Of a stretch of 30,763 nucleotides of DNA, positions 7,860-15,494 are shown piece after piece. The notes under the pieces were generated by a model, which saw only the letters and a program-made list of their open reading frames with translations, did no database searches and was not told the DNA's origin. Each line of letters starts with the position of its first letter. The first letter of the stretch is position 1. The DNA lies in IMG/VR virus record IMGVR_UViG_3300043253_000059, positions 1-30,763 of that record; one strand, given 5' to 3'. A program made the position numbers and the translations under genes. This DNA comes from a virus. Its lineage: Duplodnaviria > Caudoviricetes.

Positions 7860-9335
7860 CTACCAGCCCCACGCCGTCTTGCGCAGTTCCTCGGTCTCGG
7901 GGTAGGCCCCGCCGGGGAGGAAGTTGAGGACGGTCGCCGATATCCCCTGGAGCGGGGTGAAAAGGCCCATGATGAGCCCCGAGGGTTCGGCGGGGTTGGT
8001 CGACATCGTGCGGGTCAGGGTCTCGGTGTAGATGTCGAAGGGCGGCTCTTCGTCGAGCAGCGCGCCGTCGATCTTCGCCGATTGGAAGCTCTTGCGCTTC
8101 TGTTCATAGGCCTTGTAGACCAGATGCGAGCTGTAGCCGCTGTCGCGGTAGCGGATTTCCGCGAAATCAAGCGCATCGGGGATGCCGCCGCGGGTCGGCG
8201 AACGGCCGATCTTGTCGAAGGGGATGAGGCCGGTGCCGGGCTTCTCGGGCGGTCCCATCAGGGTCAACTGCATCCCTTCGCGCACCGCCTTGGCGTCTTC
8301 CCCCGCCGCCCACCAGGTTGTCGGACGCTCGAACCTGCGGCCTTCCCACCAAAGGGGATACCAGCCGGTCAAATGAAGCGCCGCCTCGTAGCATCCGGCA
8401 TAGGTCTTGCCGACGCGGTTGCCGGCGATAAAGGCGCGCTCGTGGTGCTTGGCGCCGGCCTTGAAGAATTCGAGATGCTTCGGATAGAGCTCGCGCCGCA
8501 GCGGGCCTTCCTCGGGGAAGGCATCGTAGAGCGCGCGGCGTTCGGCAAGATATTCATCGAGGCTCTTGCCCTCGGCGGCCGCGGCCCTGGCGGCGTTGGC
8601 GTCGATCGTGCTGCCGCCGTATTCCGCATCGACATTGACCCGAACCCATTCGTCGCCCTTACCCCGGCTGGCCTGGCGCTGGTAGAAATTCTTCGGGAGG
8701 TAATGGCCGCCCTCGGCGAGGTGGGTGCGCCCTCCCGGTTGGCGGTAGCGCTCGATGTCCTGGCGCTTGGCGAGGAAATGGTCTTCCGCCGGCATGCGCG
8801 AGGTGAGAATGACCCCGGACCACAGCGCATCTTCATGCAGCGAATCGGGGTAGGTTCCGGCGGCATCGATCGCGTCGGCGAGGATGTCCTCGGGATAATG
8901 TTTCGCCCAATCGAGCCAGATCCCCGTGGTCGGCAGTTGCAGGAGCTTCTTGCGGTGCTCGGGGCGGTCGAGGCTCAGAAAGTGGATTTCGAGTTCGACC
9001 GCGACGATCCGGCCCTCGCGCTGGCCGATGCCGTAGCGCACCCAATGGGTCAGGGCTTTTTCGTCCCAGCTGCCGATATCCGTGGGGACGCGCGCCTTCC
9101 AGGCATCGATCGTCTTGCTCAATTTCGCCATGTCGGGAGCGCAGGCGAGCCAGCGCCAGCGCGGCTGAAAGAGACCCTGGCGGGCGAGCTGCTGGGGCTT
9201 CAGGATGATGTCGGCGACCGCGGTCCAGCGCCGGCCGCCCTTCATCGGACCCATCAGCGCCCGCGCGAACCCCTGGCTCTCGGCAAAGGCCGACGAGACG
9301 GGTCCGGGAGAGGTCCAGTTGAGGCTGATCGGCAT
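7860..9335 (-). CDS. Terminase large subunit ATPase part: degenerate N-terminal ATPase fused to an intact P22-like ATPase
   Basis: Second half has YPKHLEFF, AGNRVGKT (Walker A), LLDEEPP (Walker B) and FTPLQG; first half has GPMKGGRR, ELEIHFLSLDRP..KKLL and GIWLDW. Confidence 0.85.
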   Translation of the reverse strand: MPISLNWTSPGPVSSAFAESQGFARALMGPMKGGRRWTAVADIILKPQQLARQGLFQPRWRWLACAPDMAKLSKTIDAWKARVPTDIGSWDEKALTHWVRYGIGQREGRIVAVELEIHFLSLDRPEHRKKLLQLPTTGIWLDWAKHYPEDILADAIDAAGTYPDSLHEDALWSGVILTSRMPAEDHFLAKRQDIERYRQPGGRTHLAEGGHYLPKNFYQRQASRGKGDEWVRVNVDAEYGGSTIDANAARAAAAEGKSLDEYLAERRALYDAFPEEGPLRRELYPKHLEFFKAGAKHHERAFIAGNRVGKTYAGCYEAALHLTGWYPLWWEGRRFERPTTWWAAGEDAKAVREGMQLTLMGPPEKPGTGLIPFDKIGRSPTRGGIPDALDFAEIRYRDSGYSSHLVYKAYEQKRKSFQSAKIDGALLDEEPPFDIYTETLTRTMSTNPAEPSGLIMGLFTPLQGISATVLNFLPGGAYPETEELRKTAWGW

Positions 9336-9348
9336 TTGACAACAGGAA

Positions 9349-9378
9349 AGCCCCGCGCGGAGGACATCCGGCGGGGCT
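9349..9378 (-). promoter_or_regulatory. GC-rich hairpin (possible terminator or attenuator) just upstream of the terminase ATG
   Basis: AGCCCCGC-CGGA-tgtcc-TCCG-c-GCGGGGCT followed by TTCCTGTT on the minus strand. Confidence 0.45.
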
Positions 9379-9441
9379 GGGGTGTCGATGAGATGATCTG
9401 TCGTGGTGTCGTTACACGATGCGTCTCGCTTTCTTGAGCCA

Positions 9442-9675
9442 TCAGTGTCCGGCGGGAGGGATAGGCGAGCTTTCTGACAAAGTCAAGAGCTTCCTTTCGC
9501 GCGCGAGCCACAAGGGCATGGTCACCAGATCATTATCGCCGATCTGTATCAATTTGAGGGGGAGCCAGGTACGCCGGTCGCCCTGGATGAACTGTACCGC
9601 CGTTCCCTTCAATGACCATTCCTTGACCCGGCCGTAGACCTGAACCGGCTCGCGGTCGCTGTCGGATCGGCGCAA
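9442..9675 (-). CDS. Small conserved phage protein (W.P...I...VTMP.WLA..R type)
   Basis: GGGGGAG RBS 8 nt before TTG 9675; hidden at the 3' end of the 408-aa shadow ORF. Confidence 0.6.
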   Translation of the reverse strand: MRRSDSDREPVQVYGRVKEWSLKGTAVQFIQGDRRTWLPLKLIQIGDNDLVTMPLWLARERKLLTLSESSPIPPAGH

Positions 9676-9816
9676 GCGGTATTCTCCCCCATGATCGGAC
9701 CGGCAATTACCGGCAAGCTGGCACGCGGCACGTTTGCAGCGAGTTTCTTTCTCGCGTGTTTGGCGGTATTGGAAATGGAGGGGGTGCGGCTCGAAGACCT
9801 CTGACGGAGGAGCATC

Positions 9817-10629
9817 TTGAAACGCCCCGAAGACCCCCAGTACATACAAAAACGCCGCCAGCGTGAGCGCGAAAAGAGGGACCGCCAAAAGCACGAGGCT
9901 AATCTTGCTACGATCAACTCCATCGCTAATGAACTTGCAGCCACAAAAAAACAATCCCAATCCGACGATGATAAGCGAGCATTTCGCGAAAAGCTGACCA
10001 TAGCTTTGCTCATTGCTACCGTTGTCGCCGCTGGACTCGGCGATGTGTTTTTCTATGGCCAATTGAGAGAGGCCAAAAAATTGTATGGCCCTATAGCACA
10101 GCAAGCTTCTGCCGCCTCGCAGAGCAGTAATGCTCTGATTAACTCGGAAAGAGGAAAGGTGTTTATCAACACTATCAAGCTGAAGAAGTCTACCGATGCC
10201 GATCCCCATCCCCAGATCGATTATAGTTTCATCAACTTGGGAAGAAGTCCAATTCTGACAACAACCGTATATGCCCAATGCCAACTTATTGGGAATGCTG
10301 TTCCGCTCACGCCAATTTACGACAAAAGCAAAGGGAGGGTGGGGCAAAATGCCGTCGGCAGTAACGCGTCCTTCGGATCGACCGGCGCATCCCCCGACTT
10401 TCCCGCGTGTATTATTAACCCTGAGATGACGGCCCAGGATTGGGAAGAGGTTACTGGGAATACCAAATTTTTCTTCCTTTCTGGATATGTTTATTATCAA
10501 GATGCCTTTTATAAATATCGGTGGTATTTCGGAGACATTTATCGCGGCGAAATACAACTCTTCAGCACATACGGATTGCCATCGGCCTACAATGACGAAA
10601 CCCAAGAGGAATACGCCAAGGCCCGCTAG
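9817..10629 (+). CDS. Moron-like membrane-anchored protein
   Basis: GGAGGAG RBS before TTG; one TM (LTIALLIATVVAAGLG); N.G.SP and G.VYYQD.F motifs; AT-richer; opposite strand to its neighbours. Confidence 0.75.
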   Translation: MKRPEDPQYIQKRRQREREKRDRQKHEANLATINSIANELAATKKQSQSDDDKRAFREKLTIALLIATVVAAGLGDVFFYGQLREAKKLYGPIAQQASAASQSSNALINSERGKVFINTIKLKKSTDADPHPQIDYSFINLGRSPILTTTVYAQCQLIGNAVPLTPIYDKSKGRVGQNAVGSNASFGSTGASPDFPACIINPEMTAQDWEEVTGNTKFFFLSGYVYYQDAFYKYRWYFGDIYRGEIQLFSTYGLPSAYNDETQEEYAKAR

Positions 10630-10683
10630 AACTCCTGCCTTATGAAACGACGGTCTTATGCGGGCCATCGCCCGCTCCGCGAT

Positions 10684-10857
10684 CTACTTTACCTCCGCTC
10701 TATGTGGTAACTTTTGCAATAAGACCAATGGCTTGGCGTTGATCCTTTGCGCCATAATACCGACAAACTGCGGCGATCCAATCTTTTGCCGGTTGTAATG
10801 ACGGTCAGCCAGCACGCGAGCCAGCGGATCAGCCCTATGTGAATGGCACCAGTGCAT
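10684..10857 (-). pseudogene. Probable internally deleted remnant of a conserved phage protein (SHRADP.A..LADRHYNRQK.GSPQFV type)
   Basis: ATG overlaps the upstream TAA; only 57 aa, while I recall this N-terminus on much longer phage proteins. Confidence 0.45.
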
Positions 10858-11168
10858 TAACGTGTGTCTGCGGTTATCAGACGCGGCCCCGAAAGGAAAA
10901 ATCCCCATTCCTTAGAAGCCTCATCGCCCTCGGCGATCACGGGAATGAGTATGCCAAGCTTGTCCGGCTCAGAATCTCGGCTTGGCCCGCGACTTGATGC
11001 TCCCATTGATAGGCCGCGCCCGAGATTGAGCCGTTTTTCGCAGACCTTGCAGAACACCCACACATGGAGCGAACCGACATTGCTGTCCACCATGCTCGTC
11101 ATGTGAAAATTGATATCGAGGTCGCTATGCGGACATTGCGCTGAGTCCGTTCGGATGTTGGTTGGCAT
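10857..11168 (-). CDS. Hypothetical protein, possible Zn-binding (CPH...CKVC)
   Basis: Stop/start coupling on both sides. Confidence 0.6.
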   Translation of the reverse strand: MPTNIRTDSAQCPHSDLDINFHMTSMVDSNVGSLHVWVFCKVCEKRLNLGRGLSMGASSRGPSRDSEPDKLGILIPVIAEGDEASKEWGFFLSGPRLITADTR

Positions 11169-11782
11169 CAGTCGTGTTCCCCGAACTTGTTGGGCTGGAA
11201 GGGCGGCTCTTCCTTGGGTTCCGGTTTGGCGGGAAGGCCGATATTGCCGGTCAGCTCATCCTCGATCCGGCCGCGCAGGGAGGTCGGCGATCTGCGCGCC
11301 TTGAGTATTTCGAGTTCGCGGGTGAGCGCTTCATCGGGCGGCAGGTCCGCAATGCGGATGCCGGCCTTCCAGCCAGCAGCCACCAAACCACTTTTTTCGT
11401 ACCGAACCGGTCGCGAGGCAAACGAGACGGCCGGTTCGTCTTTGTAGGGCTCCGGCGCGCAAGGTGGCAATCCGATTACCCAGCGTAGGCGGTCGATCGC
11501 TTCGATGATGCGGGAGGCCGTGACTTCCGGCACATCGTCGAAATCGAGCCGGCCAGTCTCAAGATCATCGCCCGTCTCGTAACCCGCAGCGGCTTTGGAT
11601 GGGCACCACCAGACACAGGGGAATTCTATTTTTCCCCACTGGAGGACAAAAGCATCCGAAATATCTCCGCCCCATTTGGAGCTCGGTTCCGGCCACCATT
11701 TCGAGGTCGGCTCCGGCCATCCGCGCTCGCGCAGACCGGCGATGACCTGATCGCGCAGGATTTCGGGTTTTGGGTCGCTCAT
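11168..11782 (-). CDS. Hypothetical protein
   Basis: 204 aa, ATGA coupling; internal WPEP(T/S)SKW duplication. Confidence 0.6.
   Translation of the reverse strand: MSDPKPEILRDQVIAGLRERGWPEPTSKWWPEPSSKWGGDISDAFVLQWGKIEFPCVWWCPSKAAAGYETGDDLETGRLDFDDVPEVTASRIIEAIDRLRWVIGLPPCAPEPYKDEPAVSFASRPVRYEKSGLVAAGWKAGIRIADLPPDEALTRELEILKARRSPTSLRGRIEDELTGNIGLPAKPEPKEEPPFQPNKFGEHD
11672..11719. repeat. Imperfect 24-bp tandem duplication
   Basis: ccatttggagctcggttccggcca / ccatttcgaggtcggctccggcca. Confidence 0.8.
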
Positions 11783-12021
11783 CTCAACGGCTCTCCAGGA
11801 TAGATCGAAAATTGGCCGCGCACGGTTCGTTCACCCCAGCTGATAAGCCGGAGAGAGGCATTGGCATTCGTGGCCTCGATGACGAATTCGGGCCCTAACC
11901 CGAGCCAGGGTGCCGGAGTGTCCAACAGCGCTTTTACCGGCATAAGGCTGCCGGCCCGCACGATGGCCGGGGCGGCAAGGAGACCGGCGATAAAGCCTCT
12001 ACGGCCTAGAACGAGCGCCAT
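11779..12021 (-). CDS. Small protein with twin-arginine (Tat-like) N-terminus
   Basis: RRGFIAGLLAAPAIVRAGSLMPVK. Confidence 0.65.
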   Translation of the reverse strand: MALVLGRRGFIAGLLAAPAIVRAGSLMPVKALLDTPAPWLGLGPEFVIEATNANASLRLISWGERTVRGQFSIYPGEPLR

Positions 12022-12281
12022 CAGATCGGCCGGTATCCAGGAAAGAGTTCCTCGATCCGGTCATAGGCGATCATCGTCGCGACTTCGGGTCCGAGGGCTT
12101 CCTGCAAGGCGAGAAGGGAGGTTGCGGCGAGGTTGACCGGAGCGTGATTGATCGCTTCACGCACCGCTGGATCGAGCTGATCGAACGCCGCCATGTCCTC
12201 GGCGAGGTCGATCGCGACCATCTTCGCGTGCTGATCGGTCGGCAGGTCGCCGCCGATGTTGGTGCCCTCGCTCAGCGCCAC
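12021..12281 (-). CDS. Hypothetical protein (DUF6525-like)
   Basis: MAAFDQLDPAVREAINHA motif; GGAGG RBS. Confidence 0.55.
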   Translation of the reverse strand: MALSEGTNIGGDLPTDQHAKMVAIDLAEDMAAFDQLDPAVREAINHAPVNLAATSLLALQEALGPEVATMIAYDRIEELFPGYRPI

Positions 12282-12907
12282 GGTTCCTCCGGCGGCAGAT
12301 TGAGGTTTATATCCCAGCGGGCGAGCCTGCCGTCAAGCCGTGATTGCAGGGTCTGGAGGGCCTTCGACCAGTCCGACCAGCGCTTCTTCGAGGCTTCGGT
12401 GAGGCTGCGCTCGACGGTTTCCTTGAGCCAGCAGACCTGGGCTTTTTTGAAGCGGTTGTTGGTCCAGCCGATGATTACCTTTCCGGTCCTGGGATTGAGC
12501 GTCGGCCCCCATCTGCGGTAGGTGTCGAGGAAGTCGGGGCGGGTTTTCGAGCGGGCATGGTGGCGGATTTTCTCGGCGATCCTGGCAGGGAGGAGCGCCA
12601 CCATCCGGGCGACGGTGTCGGCATCCTCGTCACTCACCGCCTGGATGTGGAGCGGCGCCACGCTCTTCAATTTCATCCCGGCGCAGGCTTCGGCCAATAT
12701 CCAACTGCCGCGGGGGCGCCTTTTGGGCCGGGCGGTCAAGCCCTGATCCATCGAGAGCATCGGATCGACCTTCCAGGTCTGGCCACCTTCCCTCCCGGGG
12801 GAGAATGCCCAATGAAGGAGAGCCTCGATGGAGATCGATATCTTCCGCGCCGATTGGATCTCGAGCCAGGCTTCGGTCTCCGGGTCGCGGAGCATGGGTT
12901 GGGCCAT
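12272..12907 (-). CDS. Conserved alphaproteobacterial phage protein, possible late transcription regulator
   Basis: SIEALLHWAF...DAD.VA..V..L....HAR...RPD pattern; function is a guess. Confidence 0.55.
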   Translation of the reverse strand: MAQPMLRDPETEAWLEIQSARKISISIEALLHWAFSPGREGGQTWKVDPMLSMDQGLTARPKRRPRGSWILAEACAGMKLKSVAPLHIQAVSDEDADTVARMVALLPARIAEKIRHHARSKTRPDFLDTYRRWGPTLNPRTGKVIIGWTNNRFKKAQVCWLKETVERSLTEASKKRWSDWSKALQTLQSRLDGRLARWDINLNLPPEEPWR

Positions 12908-13128
12908 CAGGCTTGTACCTTTGATTGCGGGCGCAGGACAATAATCGTGCTCCGCTCGCCCGTGTCACGCCGCGTCCAGCCCTCCGGGGAGGCATAGAAC
13001 TGGCCCCGGTAGATGTTGAGCGATCGGTCGCCGTCACTCAATTTGCCGAGGATGCCTTTCTCGGTCTCGGTTTGCGGGGTCAAGACGATCTGTTCCAGGC
13101 CGTCTTCGATGTAGAGGGCGATCTTCAT
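12907..13128 (-). CDS. Hypothetical protein
   Basis: MKIALYIEDGLEQIVLTP; GGAGG RBS; coupled to neighbours. Confidence 0.65.
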   Translation of the reverse strand: MKIALYIEDGLEQIVLTPQTETEKGILGKLSDGDRSLNIYRGQFYASPEGWTRRDTGERSTIIVLRPQSKVQA

Positions 13129-13415
13129 TCTGCGGCCTCCTCGTGCGCGTGCACGTGCGAGGCTTCGGGCGGCAGCATGCCGAGGGCGCGCTCATAGACC
13201 TCGACCAGGGTCTCCTGTTCGTCGCGGCTGTCCTTGTCCATCGCCCGGTGGCGCAAGACGATGCGCATGATCTTTGGGTCGAACCCGGTCCTCTTGGCTT
13301 CCTTGAAGACCTCGGAGATGTCGGCACCGAGGGCCCTGCGCTCTTCGTGCAGGGGCTCGATCCGTTCGATAAAGGATTTGAGCCGGTCTCCGGCTATGCC
13401 GCTGATGGTTGTCAT
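13125..13415 (-). CDS. gapR: GapR-like (DUF2312) nucleoid-associated DNA-binding protein
   Basis: RLKSFIERIE.L.EE...L..DI.EVF.EAK..GFD.K.MR.V...R.MD...R.EQE.....Y..ALGM. Confidence 0.9.
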   Translation of the reverse strand: MTTISGIAGDRLKSFIERIEPLHEERRALGADISEVFKEAKRTGFDPKIMRIVLRHRAMDKDSRDEQETLVEVYERALGMLPPEASHVHAHEEAAE

Positions 13416-14452
13416 GTGGGTATCTCCGAATATTCAATCCCATCGAGGAGACGGCCGGCGGCTTTCTTGCCGACGCGGATATAGTCGCCATGGCTGTAGG
13501 CGATGATCGCGCGACCGTTGACGCTTGTCACTTCGCCATCAGGCTCGTCGACGGCCTGATATTCACCCCATTGCTTTAGGAAAAAGGCGACGCCAGCGGC
13601 TTGACATTGGTCGCGCAACGATCGAGCCCATTCCGGGTGCATCGGCCGCGCGTTGGGACCGCTCTCCCCGCCGACGATCACCCAATCGAGCTTGCCGCCA
13701 ATCTTCGTGGGCGCGCCGAAATCACCCGTCTCTCCATCCGGGAAGCGCATGCGCATGGCCTCTTCGCCGCGCAATGGATAAAGGCGCCCACGCGGACCGC
13801 GATCTAGATAATCAAGCCTCAGAGAACCGATCAGCGGTTCTGCCGAGATAAACCTCTTGGCGGCTGGGGTATCCAAGAGGAACGGGATGCGCTCGTCGGC
13901 GCGGAAATGGTCCTCGACCGATACGCCGAGCCAGACGTTTGGCAGCGGCCATTTCAGACGAGCGGGATTGTATTGCCAGTTCCCGTCGATGTGATGGTCG
14001 AAGCACGCCGGTACCTCATGAGCGAGTTTGAAAGCCGCTGCTGTCGCTCGATCGGCCCCGGCTGTGAGGTAATCCCGCATCCGCTCGGCCCGTTTGGTCA
14101 GCACCTGGAAGGTGTGCTGGGGGCTGAGCGCCATGACGGCGAAGACCTTGTCGATCCACGCGTCGGGCACGGCTTCGTGGAAGATGTCGCCGTGCGCGCA
14201 AACGAAAATCCGCCGGGGACGTTTCCATCTGAGCGGCTGGTCGAGCCAGTCGGTGTTGAAGCGTACTTCGCCCGTCCATACCGGGCCGGCCTTGGTGTCC
14301 TGGGTGAGGCTCTGGCGCGACCAGTGATGCTTCATCCGCGTGCCGGCGAGCTTCATCGCGTAGCAGTTGGCGCAGCCCGGCGAGACGACGCTGCATCCCG
14401 TGATCGGGTTCCAGGTGGCGTCAGTCCACTCGATCGGCGTGTTGTCAGCCAT
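13412..14452 (-). CDS. Phage Gp37/Gp68 (DUF5131) family protein
   Basis: IEWTDATWNP.TGC..VSPGC.NCYA, HTFQVLTKR, NVWLGVSVE, WVIVGGESG..ARPM, FFLKQWG. Confidence 0.93.
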   Translation of the reverse strand: MADNTPIEWTDATWNPITGCSVVSPGCANCYAMKLAGTRMKHHWSRQSLTQDTKAGPVWTGEVRFNTDWLDQPLRWKRPRRIFVCAHGDIFHEAVPDAWIDKVFAVMALSPQHTFQVLTKRAERMRDYLTAGADRATAAAFKLAHEVPACFDHHIDGNWQYNPARLKWPLPNVWLGVSVEDHFRADERIPFLLDTPAAKRFISAEPLIGSLRLDYLDRGPRGRLYPLRGEEAMRMRFPDGETGDFGAPTKIGGKLDWVIVGGESGPNARPMHPEWARSLRDQCQAAGVAFFLKQWGEYQAVDEPDGEVTSVNGRAIIAYSHGDYIRVGKKAAGRLLDGIEYSEIPT

Positions 14453-14717
14453 TCATCCCTCCGGCGCCGGGAATTATCCGCGGCGTCTTGCCGCTTAGCC
14501 ACAAAGCGTCCGGTACTTCACCCGGCATGGCTTTGCCCCAGATGACGGCGCTCCTCGTATGGCCTCTTTGGATGTGCCAATCCTTGCCGTCGAAGGCAAA
14601 AACTTCGGTGCGGCCTGAGCTCCCGAAGACACGGACAAAACCACCGGCGGTCAGTGGCTCGGCTTCCGCTTGCGCTCTGGTCAACAAGGCATCGCGACGA
14701 CGCTTGGCCTCACCCAT
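14445..14717 (-). CDS. Hypothetical protein (MGEAKRR N-terminus)
   Basis: GGAGG RBS; overlaps the next gene. Confidence 0.6.
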   Translation of the reverse strand: MGEAKRRRDALLTRAQAEAEPLTAGGFVRVFGSSGRTEVFAFDGKDWHIQRGHTRSAVIWGKAMPGEVPDALWLSGKTPRIIPGAGGMNG

Positions 14718-14769
14718 TTACGACCCTCCGAAACTCATTTTCCACAATGGCCGAAAATTTTGGAGCGAT

Positions 14770-14809
14770 GGGGGGATGACGAGCGAAGCGCCAATCCCCC
14801 CCCCACCCC
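14770..14809. other. G/C-tract inverted repeat centred on GCGAAGC (candidate packaging or terminus signal)
   Basis: GGGGGGAT(14770-77)...ATCCCCCC(14794-801), C9-A-C4 tract, adjacent AAAATTTT; intergenic, downstream of the putative terS. Confidence 0.35.
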
Positions 14810-14974
14810 GGCCTGCCGGCTGGCGGCCGGCGTATCCTGTTCTGCTGGCATCAAAACGTGCGCCTCATACTAGGGTAATACAGGACGGTGCAACAAAATC
14901 AATGGCTTGCGTTGACCGCTCCGCTCTTCGGGCTAACGCTGGGTTAACGCCGCTTGTGTTTGGGCGGGTCAATG

Positions 14975-15463
14975 TCATGACGGCATCCGCTCGAATGTGC
15001 CTTCGAACACCGGCAATTCGCCGTCGGTCGGCGCCAATTCCTCGGATTCGGGCGCGCCTGGCGCGAAGTGCAGGCTGCGCGGCTGTTCCTGGTGGATGTA
15101 GGGCATGACCGCGCGCCAGTTGGCGAGGTAGAGCTCGACCGCTTTCGCCGGCTCGCAACCCCAGATCCGCGCGAGCTCGGCCACCTCATCCTGATCGAGG
15201 ATGTTCTTGCCGGCGATCGCCAGCGCGCGCAGCAACGGATCCGCGAAACCAGGGTCAACCGTGTGCATCTGGCGCATGTAGAACCGCGCCATTTCGCCGG
15301 TGCGCTTGTTGCGCGAGCCTTTGGGACGCCCGGCGCCGTCGCGGTGGCCGCCGCGGCTGGCCAGATCGGGCGTGCCGAAGAGATCGGGCGCGTGCATCGC
15401 CCGGCTGGTGTCGCCGATCGATGGCTGGACCGCTCGCGCGAGTGCTTTTCGAGGGGTGCGCAT
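14975..15463 (-). CDS. Putative terminase small subunit
   Basis: RGG.R.GAGRPKGSRNKRT, DPL and PYIH motifs typical of terS-like proteins. Confidence 0.6.
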   Translation of the reverse strand: MRTPRKALARAVQPSIGDTSRAMHAPDLFGTPDLASRGGHRDGAGRPKGSRNKRTGEMARFYMRQMHTVDPGFADPLLRALAIAGKNILDQDEVAELARIWGCEPAKAVELYLANWRAVMPYIHQEQPRSLHFAPGAPESEELAPTDGELPVFEGTFERMPS

Positions 15464-15494
15464 GTTTGATATTTAGACCAATTGTTTATTCGTT

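Noticed and set aside
7856-7862. Stop-codon readthrough, recoded TAG or intron as the explanation of the split terminase
   Set aside because: Readthrough stays out of frame and meets TGA about 30 codons later; TAG ends other well-formed genes here; the gap is 1 nt, leaving no room for an intron
7839-9437. 532-aa plus-strand ORF
   Set aside because: Shadow of the terminase in high-GC DNA
9676-10668. Upstream part of the 408-aa minus-strand ORF
   Set aside because: Antisense to the RBS-supported 9817..10629 gene; only the last 77 aa look real
6961-12283. 13/14-bp match gctca(a/g)cgccacgg at 6961 and 12270 (both PWR*/VALS junctions)
   Set aside because: Short, GC-rich and 5 kb apart; could be chance, so not counted among the junction repeats
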